Shown here: one piece after another, positions 1 to 10,051 of the stretch
Numbering within the stretch: position 1 is the first letter of the stretch
Layout: every line of letters starts with the position of its first letter
The notes under the pieces: generated by a model
The model's database searches: none
What the model saw: only the letters and a program-made list of their open reading frames with translations
What the model was told of the DNA's origin: nothing
NCBI GenBank assembly: GCA_963732385.1
Contig: CAVSZB010000007.1
Location: forward strand, 1,025,685 to 1,089,684
DNA length: 64,000 nucleotides
Direction of reading: 5' to 3'
Source of the DNA: an uncultured bacterium
Lineage (GTDB): Bacteria > Krumholzibacteriota > Krumholzibacteriia > LZORAL124-64-63
Position numbers and translations under genes: made by a program

Positions 1-879
1 CTGGAACGGGTCTATAACTGGCTGGCGCGACGCGGGCTGCCGCGGGACGGCACCCTGGTCGGCGTGGGCGGAGGCGCACTGCTCGACCTGGCCGGCTTCG
101 CCGCAGCCACCTGGCAGCGCGGGGTTGACTTCGTGAGCGCGCCGACGACACTGCTGGCAATGGTAGACGCCTCGCTTGGCGGCAAGACCGCCCTCGACGT
201 CGCCGGCGTGAAAAACAACGTGGGCGCCTTCCACCCCGCGATCCATGTGCTGGCCGATCCGGGGTTCCTCGCCACGCTGCCGCGCCGCGAGTGGCGGAGC
301 GGACTCGCCGAGACGATCAAAGCCGCCGTGATCGCCTCACCGTCCCTCTTCGCCAACCTTGAGAGGCACGCCCCGGCTCTGCGCGCGGCGTTCGGCGAGG
401 CGGCTTCCCGTCCCCGCAGCCGCGATCTCGCCCCCGCCGCCGCGTTGCGCCTGCCCTGGACCGTCTGGATCGGCGGCGCGGCGCGGGTGAAGGCGCGCAT
501 CGTGGGACGGGACTTCCGCGAGGAGGGTCCGCGCCGCGCGCTGAATCTGGGTCACACGCTCGGACACGCTCTCGAGGCGTCCGGCGGGCTCAGTCACGGC
601 GAGGGGGTGGCCGCCGGCCTGGCGATGGCGGTGGCGATCGCCCACCTGCGCGGCCTCTGCCCGGCCCGCGACGCGGTGCGCATCCTCGCCCTGATCGAAG
701 CCTGCGGCCTGCCGATCGCGCCGCAACTCCCCCCTCTGGCCACGCTCGAGCGCCTGATCGCGGGCGACAAGAAACGTCGCCGCGGCGTCGTCGGCTGGGT
801 CCTGCCGGAGCGGATCGGCCGGGTCCGCCTGGACCAGCCGGTCGACCTGCGGAACGTGGCGGCGGTCCCGGCGCTGTGA
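1..879 (+). CDS. aroB: 3-dehydroquinate synthase, C-terminal ~290 aa (5' end lies upstream of the window)
   Basis: The frame is open from nt 1 (LERVYNWLARRGLP...). It has the glycine-rich NAD loop VGVGGGALLDLAGFAA, LGGKTALD, NLGHTLGHALE and HGEGVAAGLAMA, which are characteristic of AroB. The track ORF 64..879 is the same frame read from an internal Met. Confidence 0.85.
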   Translation: MERVYNWLARRGLPRDGTLVGVGGGALLDLAGFAAATWQRGVDFVSAPTTLLAMVDASLGGKTALDVAGVKNNVGAFHPAIHVLADPGFLATLPRREWRSGLAETIKAAVIASPSLFANLERHAPALRAAFGEAASRPRSRDLAPAAALRLPWTVWIGGAARVKARIVGRDFREEGPRRALNLGHTLGHALEASGGLSHGEGVAAGLAMAVAIAHLRGLCPARDAVRILALIEACGLPIAPQLPPLATLERLIAGDKKRRRGVVGWVLPERIGRVRLDQPVDLRNVAAVPAL

Positions 880-941
880 CCCGTCGCCGGCGCCGCCGAA
901 CGCGGTGCCGGCCGCCCGGCGCGCAGGACGGAACAGGCGGG

Positions 942-2948
942 TCAGTACAGACCGACCGGATCGATGTCCAGCATCACTTCCACCCCCCGCTCGCGCGCCT
1001 CGAGAGCGCGGGCGCAGGCGGCCAGCCAGCGTTTCCGCTCGGCGCCGAGCGATCCCTTCACCAGCAGTTGCCAACGGTAACGGTCCTGCAGCCGCTCGAA
1101 GACCGCGGGCGCCGGCCCGAGCAGTTCGCGCCCCTCGCCGGCCAGCCCCTCCCGCACCACTGCGGCCAAAGTCATGGCCGCCGCCTCGGCGACCGCCTGG
1201 CGACGCGCGCTGACGGCCAGTCGCAGCAGACGGCGAGCCGGGGGATAGCCGAGCACCTCGCGGGCAGCCAGTTCCGGCCCCGCGAAAGCATCGTAGTCGT
1301 GCCGCGCCGCCGCCTGGATCAGCGGGTGGTCCGGCCGGAAGGTCTGGAAGATCACCAGACCGGGCGTCAACCGACCGGTGCGACCCGCCACCTGGGTGAG
1401 GAGCTGGAACGCCCGCTCGTCGGCCCGGAAGTCCGGCAGCGTGAGGCCATCGTCGGCGGCCATCACCCCCACCACCGCCACCCCGGGGAAGTGATGCCCC
1501 TTGGCCACCATCTGCGTGCCGACGAGCAGTTGCGCCTCGCCGGCAGCGAACGCGCCGAGGATGCGGGCATGGCTGCCGCGACGACGGGTCGTGTCCTGAT
1601 CGAGGCGCAGCAGCCGCGCGGCGGGAAACGCCGCCGCCAGGGCGATCTCCAGCTTTTCGGTGCCGCCGCCGGCGGGCAGGAACTCCCGTCCGCCACAGTG
1701 CGGGCAGACCGGCGGGGCCGCCTGCGCGTAGCCGCAGTAGTGGCAGAGCAGCCGGCGGGGCCGCAGGTGCCAGGTGAGGCCGATGTCGCAGCGCGGACAG
1801 TTCTCCGCGACCCCGCAGGACGCGCACTGGAGCGCCCGCGCGAAACCGCGCCGGTTGTAGTAGAGGATCGCCTGCCGGCCGGCGCCCAGGGCCTCGTCGA
1901 GCGCGGCCAGCAGTCGTGGCGAAAAGCCGTCGGGCGCCGGTTCCCCGCGCATGTCCACGAGCTCGACCCGCGGCAGCTCCCCCACCGGACGGTCGGCGAG
2001 CGTGAACATCCGGTAGCGTCCTGACCGCCCGTTGGCCCAGCTCTCGAGGTCCGGCGTGGCGGAGCCGAGGATCACCACCGCCCCCGCGGCGCGCGCGCGC
2101 ACCAGGGCGGCATGCCGGGCGTGATAGCGCGGCTTCTCCTCCTGCCGGTACGAACTCTCGTGCTCTTCGTCGACGACGATGACGCCGAGATCGCGCACCG
2201 GCGCGAACAGGGCGGAGCGCGGTCCGACGACGAGACGAATCTCGCCGGCCGCCGCCGCCTCGTGCACGCGGCAGCGCTCCCCCGCCGGCAGCGCACTGTG
2301 GATGGCGGCGACCACGGGCCCGAAACGGCCCGTGATGCGCGCGATCGTCTGCGGTGTGAGGGCGATTTCCGGCAGCAGGAAGATGGCGCTGCGCCCGCGT
2401 GCGAGCGCTTCGCCGATCACCCTCAGGTAGACCTCGGTCTTGCCGCTCCCGGTCACCCCATGCAGCAGCAGGACGCCGCCGCCTCCCTCGCGGAGCTGGG
2501 TGAACGCCGCATCCGCGGCCGCCTGCTGCGCCGGGGTCAGCGCCACATTTTCGCTGTCGTGCAGCGGGAAGTCGACCGCCGCGGTGCGCGTGGCTCGGGC
2601 GCGTGTGCCGGGCGTCGGGGGATGGAAAAGCGGCACCACTTCGCCCAGCGGCAGGGCGTAGTACTCCGCCAGCCACCTCGCCAGTTGCCACCGATCTGGC
2701 GCCAGGGCGTAGGCGGGGGGCAGCAGCCGCCCGACGGGACGCACGGAGTGACCGTCGACCATCGGCGCCGGGTCGTGCGACGGGCTGACACCGGTCACCA
2801 GCCCGATGACCTCGCGTCGGCGCCCGAACGGCACCCCCACCAGGTCGCCAGGCGCGGGAGGGCGTGACGCCGCCCCCTCCTTGGCGGCATCCATTTCCCA
2901 GCGGTAGGTGAAGAACTGGTCCAGCGGCACGGGCAGGGCGACCTCCAC
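942..2948 (-). CDS. priA: primosomal protein N' (replication restart helicase PriA)
   Basis: It has a Walker A (HGVTGSGKTEVYL), a DEEH box (VIVVDEEHESSY) and a Cys-rich zinc-binding insert (CASCGVAENCPRCD...CHYCG...CPHCGG). The N-terminus (LLVEVALPVPLDQFFTY) fits PriA. I place the start at a GTG preceded by GGGGGAGGA 7-8 nt upstream, rather than the track Met at 3056. Confidence 0.85.
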   Translation of the reverse strand: MEVALPVPLDQFFTYRWEMDAAKEGAASRPPAPGDLVGVPFGRRREVIGLVTGVSPSHDPAPMVDGHSVRPVGRLLPPAYALAPDRWQLARWLAEYYALPLGEVVPLFHPPTPGTRARATRTAAVDFPLHDSENVALTPAQQAAADAAFTQLREGGGGVLLLHGVTGSGKTEVYLRVIGEALARGRSAIFLLPEIALTPQTIARITGRFGPVVAAIHSALPAGERCRVHEAAAAGEIRLVVGPRSALFAPVRDLGVIVVDEEHESSYRQEEKPRYHARHAALVRARAAGAVVILGSATPDLESWANGRSGRYRMFTLADRPVGELPRVELVDMRGEPAPDGFSPRLLAALDEALGAGRQAILYYNRRGFARALQCASCGVAENCPRCDIGLTWHLRPRRLLCHYCGYAQAAPPVCPHCGGREFLPAGGGTEKLEIALAAAFPAARLLRLDQDTTRRRGSHARILGAFAAGEAQLLVGTQMVAKGHHFPGVAVVGVMAADDGLTLPDFRADERAFQLLTQVAGRTGRLTPGLVIFQTFRPDHPLIQAAARHDYDAFAGPELAAREVLGYPPARRLLRLAVSARRQAVAEAAAMTLAAVVREGLAGEGRELLGPAPAVFERLQDRYRWQLLVKGSLGAERKRWLAACARALEARERGVEVMLDIDPVGLY

Positions 2949-3122
2949 CAGGAGTCCTCCCCCACCCGGCCGCGATCCGTCGGAGCGCGGCACGTGGCCC
3001 CGCCTTTCCGCGCCGGCGTGGCGCGCGCGGGGATGGTAACCCCGCGGCTCCGGCACGGCAACGCCCGCCCGCGTGATGCGGACGGGCGCGGTCCAGACGA
3101 GCGAGGGGCATTCGGGCGCGGC

Positions 3123-3497
3123 TCAGCCGTGCCGCACGCCGAGCAGTCCGTTGACTTTCTCCAGGAACCGCTGGGGACTGAACGGCTTGGTGATGTAGCC
3201 GTCGGCGCCCGCCTCCCGACCCTTGTCACGATCCTCGCGCCGGTCGCGGGCGGTCAGCAGGAGGACCGGAATGTCCGCCGTTTCCCGGCTAGCCTTGAGC
3301 AGGGCGCAGACCTCGAATCCGTCGCGCCGCGGCATCATCACGTCGAGCACGATAAGGTCGGGCAGCTCGCTGGCGGACAGCGCCAGGGCCTGCTCGCCGT
3401 CCGCGGCCTGAATGACCTGATAGCCCTCGGCGGTGAGACTGAAGTCGAGGATGTTCAGGATGGCGGACTCGTCGTCACAGATCAGGATCTTGCGCAA
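3123..3497 (-). CDS. single-domain response regulator (CheY-like receiver, no output domain)
   Basis: The receiver motifs are intact: DD pair (ICDDES), phospho-acceptor Asp in LIVLDVMMP, T in LLLTAR, K in ITKPF. It has a TTG start with a GGAGG RBS 8 nt upstream. It is the last gene of the c-di-GMP/TCS operon. Confidence 0.8.
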   Translation of the reverse strand: MRKILICDDESAILNILDFSLTAEGYQVIQAADGEQALALSASELPDLIVLDVMMPRRDGFEVCALLKASRETADIPVLLLTARDRREDRDKGREAGADGYITKPFSPQRFLEKVNGLLGVRHG

Positions 3498-3560
3498 GTT
3501 TCAACCTCCCGCGGGCGGCATCGCTCCAGCCGGACTGCTGCACACCCGGTTGTATCGGCC

Positions 3561-6500
3561 TCAGACGATTCCGCTTGAGACAGGCTCCGCGTCCCTGAGT
3601 TCCTGCGGCACCGGCATTCCGCGGCGCTGGCCCTGGAACCGCTCGATCCGGCAGGCTCTCAGCCCCGCCTCCTCGATGAACGGCTCCACCAGGCGCGGGC
3701 AGAACTGCGAACCGACGAGCGCGCCGATCTCCGCCGTCGCCGCGGCGAACGTCAGCGGAGAACGATAGGTGCGGCCCTGCAACATCGCGTTGAGCGCATC
3801 GGTCAGGCCGACCAGACGCGCGCCGATGGGGATCGCCTCGCCCTCCAGCCCGTCCGGATAACCCTGCCCGTCGAAGCGTTCGTGATGATGCAGAATGACC
3901 TGCCGCACCTTGGAAGAGGGCTCCAGCGGCGCCAGGATCTCGAGGCCCAGGTGTACGTGCTGGCGGATCAGTTCGCGTTCGTGGACCGAGAGCGGCGCCG
4001 CCTTGCGCAGCATCGGCTCGCTGAGCCGCGCCAGGCCCAGGTCGTAGGTCTTGAGCGCGAAGGCCAGGTTCTCGAGCTCCTCCTGAGGCAGCTTCAGCCG
4101 GCGCGCCGTCGCCAGACAGATCTCGTGGCAGATGTCCGTCAGCGCATCGTGCCGTTCACGGCGGACCGCGACGGCCGTGCGCATCGCGTCACGCAACGCC
4201 ACGAATTCGCGGGTCCGCTCCAGCCAGGCCCCCCGCCGCAGCAGCAGGTGACCGATGCGCGGCGCCATCGCCTCGAGGAGGGCCAGATCGTCGGCGGTGA
4301 AATGTCGCCCGTCGAGACGGTTGTTCACGTTGACGACTCCCACGCAATCGAGTCCGTCGAACAGCGGCACGCTCAGCAGCGAGGCGGTAACGTACTGCGG
4401 GTCGCTGGCGCGCTTGCCGAAGCGGCCGTCGCCGACGATGTCGTCCACCAGCAGACTGCGCCCGCTTGCCCACACCTTGCCCGCCACGCCCTCCCCGCGC
4501 CGCAGACGGCAGCCCTGCACGACGCTGTCGGACAGGCCGACCGCCGCCTCGATCAGCAGATGCTCGCCCGACTCCTCGGGGACCATCAGCGACACGTTGC
4601 GAACGCCCATCGTTTCGCCGATCCAGTGCACCAGCTTTTCGGTGAAGTCCAGGGGATCGGTGAACGCGGGCAGGGAGCCCTGCGGACGTCCCCGGTGCAC
4701 GACCTCGCCGGCGCGCGGGAGCACGATCTGCAGCCGCGCGCCGCTCGGCTGTCGCTTCTCGGCCCAGATGCGCCCCTCGTGCCACTGCACAATGTCGCGA
4801 CAGATGGTCAGTCCTACCCCCTGACCGCCATGCTCGCGGGTCGACGAACCATCCACCTGGTAGAAACGGTCGAAGATCAGTTCGAGCTGGCCGTCGGGAA
4901 TGCCGATGCCGGTGTCTTCCACGACGATCTTGACCGCGGTCAGGCCGTCGTAGAGCGCCAGGCGGACCGTGCCGCCCTCCGGCGTGAACTTGACGGCGTT
5001 GCTGAGCAGATGCTCGATCACCTGAGCCATCTGCGCCGCGTCGACGCTCAACCGCACGTCGTCCGCCGGCAGATCGAGCTGCAGGTTGATCGCCTTGGCG
5101 GCGATCGGGGCGGCGGCCGCCTCCGCCTGCCGTTTTACGACCTCCATCAGGCTGCATTCCTCGCGATGAACGCGCATGGTGCCGTCCTCGATCCGCGATA
5201 GATCGAGGATATCGTCCATGATGGCCGTAAGCTGCTCGCACTCCTGGTGGATGACCGTGAGGAACTCGTTGCGCACGGAATCGTCCATCGCCTGCTGATT
5301 GTGCACCAGCGTCTCGGTGTAGGCCCTGATGGAGGTCAGCGGCGTGCGCAGTTCGTGGCTGACGTTGGCCACGAAATTGCTCTTGAGTTCGTTCAGGTTC
5401 TTCAGCTGCTCCGAAGCGCGCGACAGCTCCAGGTTGTTGCGCGCCAGCTGATCATACAGTTCCGCCGATTCGATCGCGGTGCTGGCATGGCTGCCGAAAA
5501 CCTCCAGCTGATGAATGATCTCCACGGAGGGCAACCGGCGATCCACGGGATCGTCCACGCTCAGGTAACCGCGCACCTCTCCATCCGTCGACAGCAGCGG
5601 CACGATCAGCATGTCGTCCTCGTGCCATTCGTCGGCGGCGCGCTCGCCCAGATTCATGGTAAAGCCGTCCGCGGTGACCGCGGCCCACTCTTCGTCCTGG
5701 TGGCTTACGAAGTAGCTCGCCGAAACCCGGAATCTCGGCTGGGTCATCCGCCGGTACTCGTCCATCGCGATCTGCAGACCGATCAGGTGCGCCTTGCCCT
5801 CCTCCGTGATGCCGGCGAACGCGCGGGCCTCGAAGACCTGGGTGGAGGGGGACCAGATGCGCAGCAGCACCATCCGGAAACCGAGCGATTCGCGCACCGC
5901 TTCCGCCACCTGCTGCAGGACCGGGTTCAGGGAGCGGGTGGCATTGATGCGCGCAGTCAGCTGCAGGATGCGCTCGAGCGTCTGGGCGCGCCGCCCGAGC
6001 TGCTTTACCTGGGCCCGCTGCCCCTCCAGCAGACGCGCGCCCTCCTCGCCCGCGCGCCGCGCCTCATCGAGTTGCGCCACGGCCAGCGCGTATTCCGAGG
6101 CCAGCGTCACGGAACTGTCCCGCAGGGTCTGCAGGCTCTCCTGCCGCTCTCGCGCCAGCAGACCCGCGCCGGAACACAGCGCCGCGCCGAAAATCGCCGC
6201 GTGCGCCACGGCCGCCGGCCACCCGGCCGCGAAACCGAACCGGGCCGAAGCCCCCGTCAGGGCCGCCAGCAGGACCGCGGTCAGGGCGGTCGCGGCCCAC
6301 ACGCACCAGACCCGCCGGGACACCGCGCCGGCGCGCCACAGACGGCGTCCCCCCTCGACCAGGGCCGCCACGATCGCCAGTTCGACCAGGGCCAGCGGGA
6401 TCGGCAGGGCGGCGCCGTCCGCCACGCCGGTCACCACCCCCGTCAGCCGCGCCGCAGAGAACACGGCCTGCGCCTGACCGGCCAGTTCGACGCCGCGGTA

Positions 6501-6653
6501 CGTGCGCATCCCGGTCCGCAGGCGCGCCAGGCGGAAGACCTGCGCCAGCCCGAGGCCCAAAAACAACAACAGCGTCTGGTGGACGTCGAACACGCCGACC
6601 TCCACCAGAGGCCGGGTCAGCGGCTGCAGCAGCCATAAGGTGGCCGTCGGCAT
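3561..6653 (-). CDS. membrane sensor histidine kinase fused to GAF and a C-terminal HD-GYP domain (4-5 TM - coiled coil - GAF - HisKA - HATPase_c - GAF - HD-GYP), paralog 1
   Basis: The N-terminus has 4-5 hydrophobic helices. The H-box is SHELRTPLTSIRAYTETL. The N/G-box region reads VKFTPEGGTVRLAL...VEDTGIGIP...GGQGVGLTICRDIV. A second GAF follows, then the HD-GYP signature HHHERFDGQGYPDGL. The usual HD dyad appears as KTYDLG. Confidence 0.8.
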   Translation of the reverse strand: MPTATLWLLQPLTRPLVEVGVFDVHQTLLLFLGLGLAQVFRLARLRTGMRTYRGVELAGQAQAVFSAARLTGVVTGVADGAALPIPLALVELAIVAALVEGGRRLWRAGAVSRRVWCVWAATALTAVLLAALTGASARFGFAAGWPAAVAHAAIFGAALCSGAGLLARERQESLQTLRDSSVTLASEYALAVAQLDEARRAGEEGARLLEGQRAQVKQLGRRAQTLERILQLTARINATRSLNPVLQQVAEAVRESLGFRMVLLRIWSPSTQVFEARAFAGITEEGKAHLIGLQIAMDEYRRMTQPRFRVSASYFVSHQDEEWAAVTADGFTMNLGERAADEWHEDDMLIVPLLSTDGEVRGYLSVDDPVDRRLPSVEIIHQLEVFGSHASTAIESAELYDQLARNNLELSRASEQLKNLNELKSNFVANVSHELRTPLTSIRAYTETLVHNQQAMDDSVRNEFLTVIHQECEQLTAIMDDILDLSRIEDGTMRVHREECSLMEVVKRQAEAAAAPIAAKAINLQLDLPADDVRLSVDAAQMAQVIEHLLSNAVKFTPEGGTVRLALYDGLTAVKIVVEDTGIGIPDGQLELIFDRFYQVDGSSTREHGGQGVGLTICRDIVQWHEGRIWAEKRQPSGARLQIVLPRAGEVVHRGRPQGSLPAFTDPLDFTEKLVHWIGETMGVRNVSLMVPEESGEHLLIEAAVGLSDSVVQGCRLRRGEGVAGKVWASGRSLLVDDIVGDGRFGKRASDPQYVTASLLSVPLFDGLDCVGVVNVNNRLDGRHFTADDLALLEAMAPRIGHLLLRRGAWLERTREFVALRDAMRTAVAVRRERHDALTDICHEICLATARRLKLPQEELENLAFALKTYDLGLARLSEPMLRKAAPLSVHERELIRQHVHLGLEILAPLEPSSKVRQVILHHHERFDGQGYPDGLEGEAIPIGARLVGLTDALNAMLQGRTYRSPLTFAAATAEIGALVGSQFCPRLVEPFIEEAGLRACRIERFQGQRRGMPVPQELRDAEPVSSGIV

Positions 6654-6672
6654 CGATCCCCCTCGCGCCGGG

Positions 6673-7062
6673 TCAGACCGCCGGGCGCGCCCGCGCCACG
6701 AGCAGTCTCTGGATCAGGTCCACCAGCCGCGAAATCGTGAACGGCTTGCGCATGAAGTGGTTCGCTCCCGCCTGCAGGATGGTGTCGCGCGTCTGCGGAT
6801 CAGCGCGCGCCGACAACGCGACAATGATCGTGTCGGCGTAGGCGCGGTTGCGCCGGATGAGACGGGTGGTGTCCACTCCGTCAAGCTTCGGCATCATGAT
6901 ATCCATGACGATCACGTCGGGCCGGAACGTCGACACCTTGTTCATGCAATCGACACCGTCCCGCGCCGTCGCGACCTGGAAGCGCTCGTTGTTCAGGGCG
7001 TGGCTGAGCACGTTCACGAGCGGCAGTTCGTCGTCAACGATCAGGACCCTTGGGGCTGCCAT
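6673..7062 (-). CDS. single-domain response regulator (CheY-like receiver)
   Basis: The receiver motifs are VLIVDDELP, DVIVMDIMMPKLDG, IIVALSAR and FMRKPF. Its 5' end overlaps the stop of HK paralog 2 by about 22 nt. GAGGGGGA lies upstream of the next gene. Confidence 0.8.
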   Translation of the reverse strand: MAAPRVLIVDDELPLVNVLSHALNNERFQVATARDGVDCMNKVSTFRPDVIVMDIMMPKLDGVDTTRLIRRNRAYADTIIVALSARADPQTRDTILQAGANHFMRKPFTISRLVDLIQRLLVARARPAV

Positions 7063-10013
7063 CTACCCTCCTGTTCGTGATCGGCGGGCACTGTCGCGGC
7101 CGCCGGCGATCCGGCCGGAGACGCCCCGAACAGGCCCTCCTCGCGCAGGACGGCCACGAAGACCTCCACGACCTCGGCGTCGAACTGCCGACCCGCGTTG
7201 CCCCGCAACTCCCCCACGGCGTGCTCCGCGGAGCGGCTCTCATGCCACGGCCGTTCCTGGCTCATGGCGAAGAAGGCATCGACCACGGCCAGAATGCGCG
7301 CGCCGAGCGGGATATCGCTGCCGAGCAGGCCACGCGGGTAGCCGCTCCCGTCCACCCGCTCGTGATGGGCCATGATGATCTGACTCATCTCGGGCGCCTG
7401 GAGCAGCGGCGACACGAGATTGGCACCCTGCTCCGGGTGCTGAGTGACCTCGTCGTGCTCGTCCTCGGTGAGTGGCCCCGTCTTGTGCAGGATCTCGTCG
7501 TCCACCGCGACCATGCCGACGTCGTGCACCGAGGCTACGTACTGCAGCCGCCGGATCTCGGCGCGCGTCAGCCCGAGCCGACGCGCGGTCTCGACGAGCA
7601 GCCGACGCGCCAGCGGGGTGGCCGTGGGGATGGCGTTGCGCTTCATGACGATCAGCGCCTGCAGGGCATCGACGATCTTCTCGACCCGCCGCGCCGAGGA
7701 GTCGGCCTGCATCGCCTGCTCCAGCGCGGCCGACACCTTGTCGCTCAGGGTCGTCACCAGGGCCAGGTCGTCTTCATTGAAGGGAGCGCCCGACACCTTG
7801 TTATTGACGTTGATCACGCCGATCGCCTTGTCGCCGATGCGCAGAGGCACCGACACCAGGGAGTGCGTTTCGTACTGATCGCGGTTCCCCGACTCGATCA
7901 GGCCGTCTTTCACGACGTCCGCCACCAGCAGTGGCCGGCCCGACTGCAGCACGCGCCCGGCGATCCCCTTGCCGATCGCCACATGCGCGCTCTTGACGAT
8001 GCTCTCGTTCAGCCCGTAGGCCGACTGCACCACGAGATTCCGTCCGTCCTTGTCGAGCAGCATGAGCGACACGATCTTCGATTCGGTCATCTCTGCGACC
8101 ATGCGCACGGTCAGACGCAGCAGCTGCTGGAACTGTGGTCGCGTCGTGAGATCGCCGAGGATGGCGGCGGTGACCGGATTGAGCTGGTGCTCCTTGGGCA
8201 GGTGGAAGATGAAAGAAGACCCTTGCCCCACCGTGCTCTGCACGTCGATGTGCCCGCCGTGCAGGTCGATGATGTTCTTGACGATCGACAGTCCGAGACC
8301 CGCCCCCTCGACCCCCTCGCTCAGGCCGCTGACGCGGTAGAACTGCCGAAATATGCGGCGCAATTCGTCGGCGGGGATGCCGGGGCCGGTGTCGCTGACC
8401 GTCACGCGGATGGTGGCGGCGTCCTCGCTGGCGCTCACCGTGACGGTGCCCCCGCCCGGCGTGTACTTGATCGCGTTGTTGAGCAGGTTGATGAGGACCT
8501 GTCGGATGAGATCGGCGTCGATCTCCACGCGGGGCAGCAGGGCCGGCACATCCAGCGTCAGGCGCAACCCCTTGGCGTCGAGGAGCGGATCGAGCGTGCG
8601 CAACGTTTCGCGGATCAGCGGCTCCAGATCGAGCACGCAACGGTTCAGGAAACGCTGCCCGAATTCGAGGCGCGAAAAGTCGAGGATGCGATTCACCATC
8701 CGCAGCAGGCGCTCGGACTCCTCGCGGATGATGCCGAGGAATTCTCCGGTCTGCGCGAAGTCCGGCCGTGCGCGTTCGCTGAGCAACGCCTCTGTGTAGG
8801 CGCTGATCGAGGTGAGCGGCGTCTTGAGTTCGTGGCTGGCCACCGCCACGAAATCGCTCTGCATCTTGTTGATGCGCGTGAGCGTCTCGTTCTCGGCGTG
8901 CAGGGAGGCCAATTCGCCCCGCAGGCGGGCCAGATGCCCGCTCGCCGCAAGCAGCGGCGCCAGCTGGCTGCCCAGGCGGACCATGGTCATCTTCAGATAA
9001 GCCTCGTCGGCCTCGTGCGACCGCAGCCCCACGAGCACGGCCAGACCGGCGGCGCCGCGTCCGACGAGCGGGGCGAGCAGCCAGCGATCGAACACAGACC
9101 CGGCGGCCGGAGGGAAGTCGGCGTCGCGCAGCGCCGCGGCAGGACCGGCAGAGAAGGGGCGATCCAAATCGCGTGCGGCGGTCCCGAAGAAGGCGGCGCT
9201 ACGGGCCGTCAGATCGATCCACTGCGGCCAGGTCTGTCCGCCCCTTACGGCGATGCAGCGCGCCGGAGTCCCGCGCTCGTCATCCACATCCGCCGGCCAG
9301 CCCGGACTGGTGATCGCGGCCGCGAACGCCACGCCCGGCACCCGGGTGAGCACGAGCACCGTTTCCTCGAGCAGATCCGCGAAGTCGCCGTCCTCGCCCA
9401 GGGCAATGCCGGCGTTGTCGGCGGTGCGCCTGGCAAGGCTGTCCACCGGCTCCGGGGTCGCCACCCACCCCGGCAGCAGCACGCGCCTGGCCGTCCGGAC
9501 GAGATGCGTGACCGACAGGAGCAGGGCGCCCAGCATCAGGGTAACCCCCAGCACCAGCCGCCAGTCGAATTCGCTCGCAGGGTCGCCACCCGGCCAGGAG
9601 ACGCTCGCCATCGCCGCGAATCCGCCGAGCAGCCCCAGCGTGGCGCCGAGACTCGACCTCGCCGAGGCACAGAGCAGGCCGGCGTGACAGGCTGGGAAGA
9701 GCAGCAGGAAGAGGTAGGGGCTGGAAACCCCGCCGGTGAGCACGAGCAACGGCAGCCAGATCGCCGCGTCGGCGAGCAGGATCGGCAGCGCCGCCAGCGG
9801 CCGTCCGCCGGAGCGGAAACCGCCGGAGAACAGCGCGAGCAGTGCCTGCAGGACGGCCGCGACGGCGAACAGCACGAGGACGGGGGGCAGCGGGAAGCGG
9901 AGCGCGGCCAGTTCACGCGAGACGAGGACGACCAGGAGGCCGACCGTCAACTCCGCCCAGCGGACCTGTCGCAGCAGGTAATGGTTGATATCGGCCACGC
10001 GATCCAAGAGCAA
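7041..10013 (-). CDS. membrane sensor histidine kinase fused to GAF and a C-terminal HD-GYP domain (5 TM - GAF-like - HisKA - HATPase_c - GAF - HD-GYP), paralog 2
   Basis: It has about five N-terminal TM helices. The H-box is SHELKTPLTSISAYTEALL. HATPase_c reads NAIKYTPGGGTVTV...VSDTGPGIP...GAGLGLSIVKNII. A GAF follows, then an HD-GYP with an intact VHDVG dyad and HHERVDGSGYPRGL. It has the same architecture as 3561..6653. Confidence 0.8.
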   Translation of the reverse strand: MLLDRVADINHYLLRQVRWAELTVGLLVVLVSRELAALRFPLPPVLVLFAVAAVLQALLALFSGGFRSGGRPLAALPILLADAAIWLPLLVLTGGVSSPYLFLLLFPACHAGLLCASARSSLGATLGLLGGFAAMASVSWPGGDPASEFDWRLVLGVTLMLGALLLSVTHLVRTARRVLLPGWVATPEPVDSLARRTADNAGIALGEDGDFADLLEETVLVLTRVPGVAFAAAITSPGWPADVDDERGTPARCIAVRGGQTWPQWIDLTARSAAFFGTAARDLDRPFSAGPAAALRDADFPPAAGSVFDRWLLAPLVGRGAAGLAVLVGLRSHEADEAYLKMTMVRLGSQLAPLLAASGHLARLRGELASLHAENETLTRINKMQSDFVAVASHELKTPLTSISAYTEALLSERARPDFAQTGEFLGIIREESERLLRMVNRILDFSRLEFGQRFLNRCVLDLEPLIRETLRTLDPLLDAKGLRLTLDVPALLPRVEIDADLIRQVLINLLNNAIKYTPGGGTVTVSASEDAATIRVTVSDTGPGIPADELRRIFRQFYRVSGLSEGVEGAGLGLSIVKNIIDLHGGHIDVQSTVGQGSSFIFHLPKEHQLNPVTAAILGDLTTRPQFQQLLRLTVRMVAEMTESKIVSLMLLDKDGRNLVVQSAYGLNESIVKSAHVAIGKGIAGRVLQSGRPLLVADVVKDGLIESGNRDQYETHSLVSVPLRIGDKAIGVINVNNKVSGAPFNEDDLALVTTLSDKVSAALEQAMQADSSARRVEKIVDALQALIVMKRNAIPTATPLARRLLVETARRLGLTRAEIRRLQYVASVHDVGMVAVDDEILHKTGPLTEDEHDEVTQHPEQGANLVSPLLQAPEMSQIIMAHHERVDGSGYPRGLLGSDIPLGARILAVVDAFFAMSQERPWHESRSAEHAVGELRGNAGRQFDAEVVEVFVAVLREEGLFGASPAGSPAAATVPADHEQEGRWQPQGS

Positions 10014-10051
10014 CTCCGTTGCCGCCGTTCGGGGAACCCTGCTGCGCCCGG

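Noticed and set aside
337-3111. There is a 924-aa minus-strand ORF. Other very long ORFs occur at 7050..10157 +, 23382..28058 +, 47667..51164 +, 53730..56831 + and 35317..37545 +.
   Set aside because: They lie antisense or out of frame to well-supported genes (priA, the kinases, mfd, BatA-like). Their products are Arg/Ala/Gly/Pro-rich low-complexity strings with no motifs. They are the expected stop-codon-poor artefacts of about 70% GC DNA.
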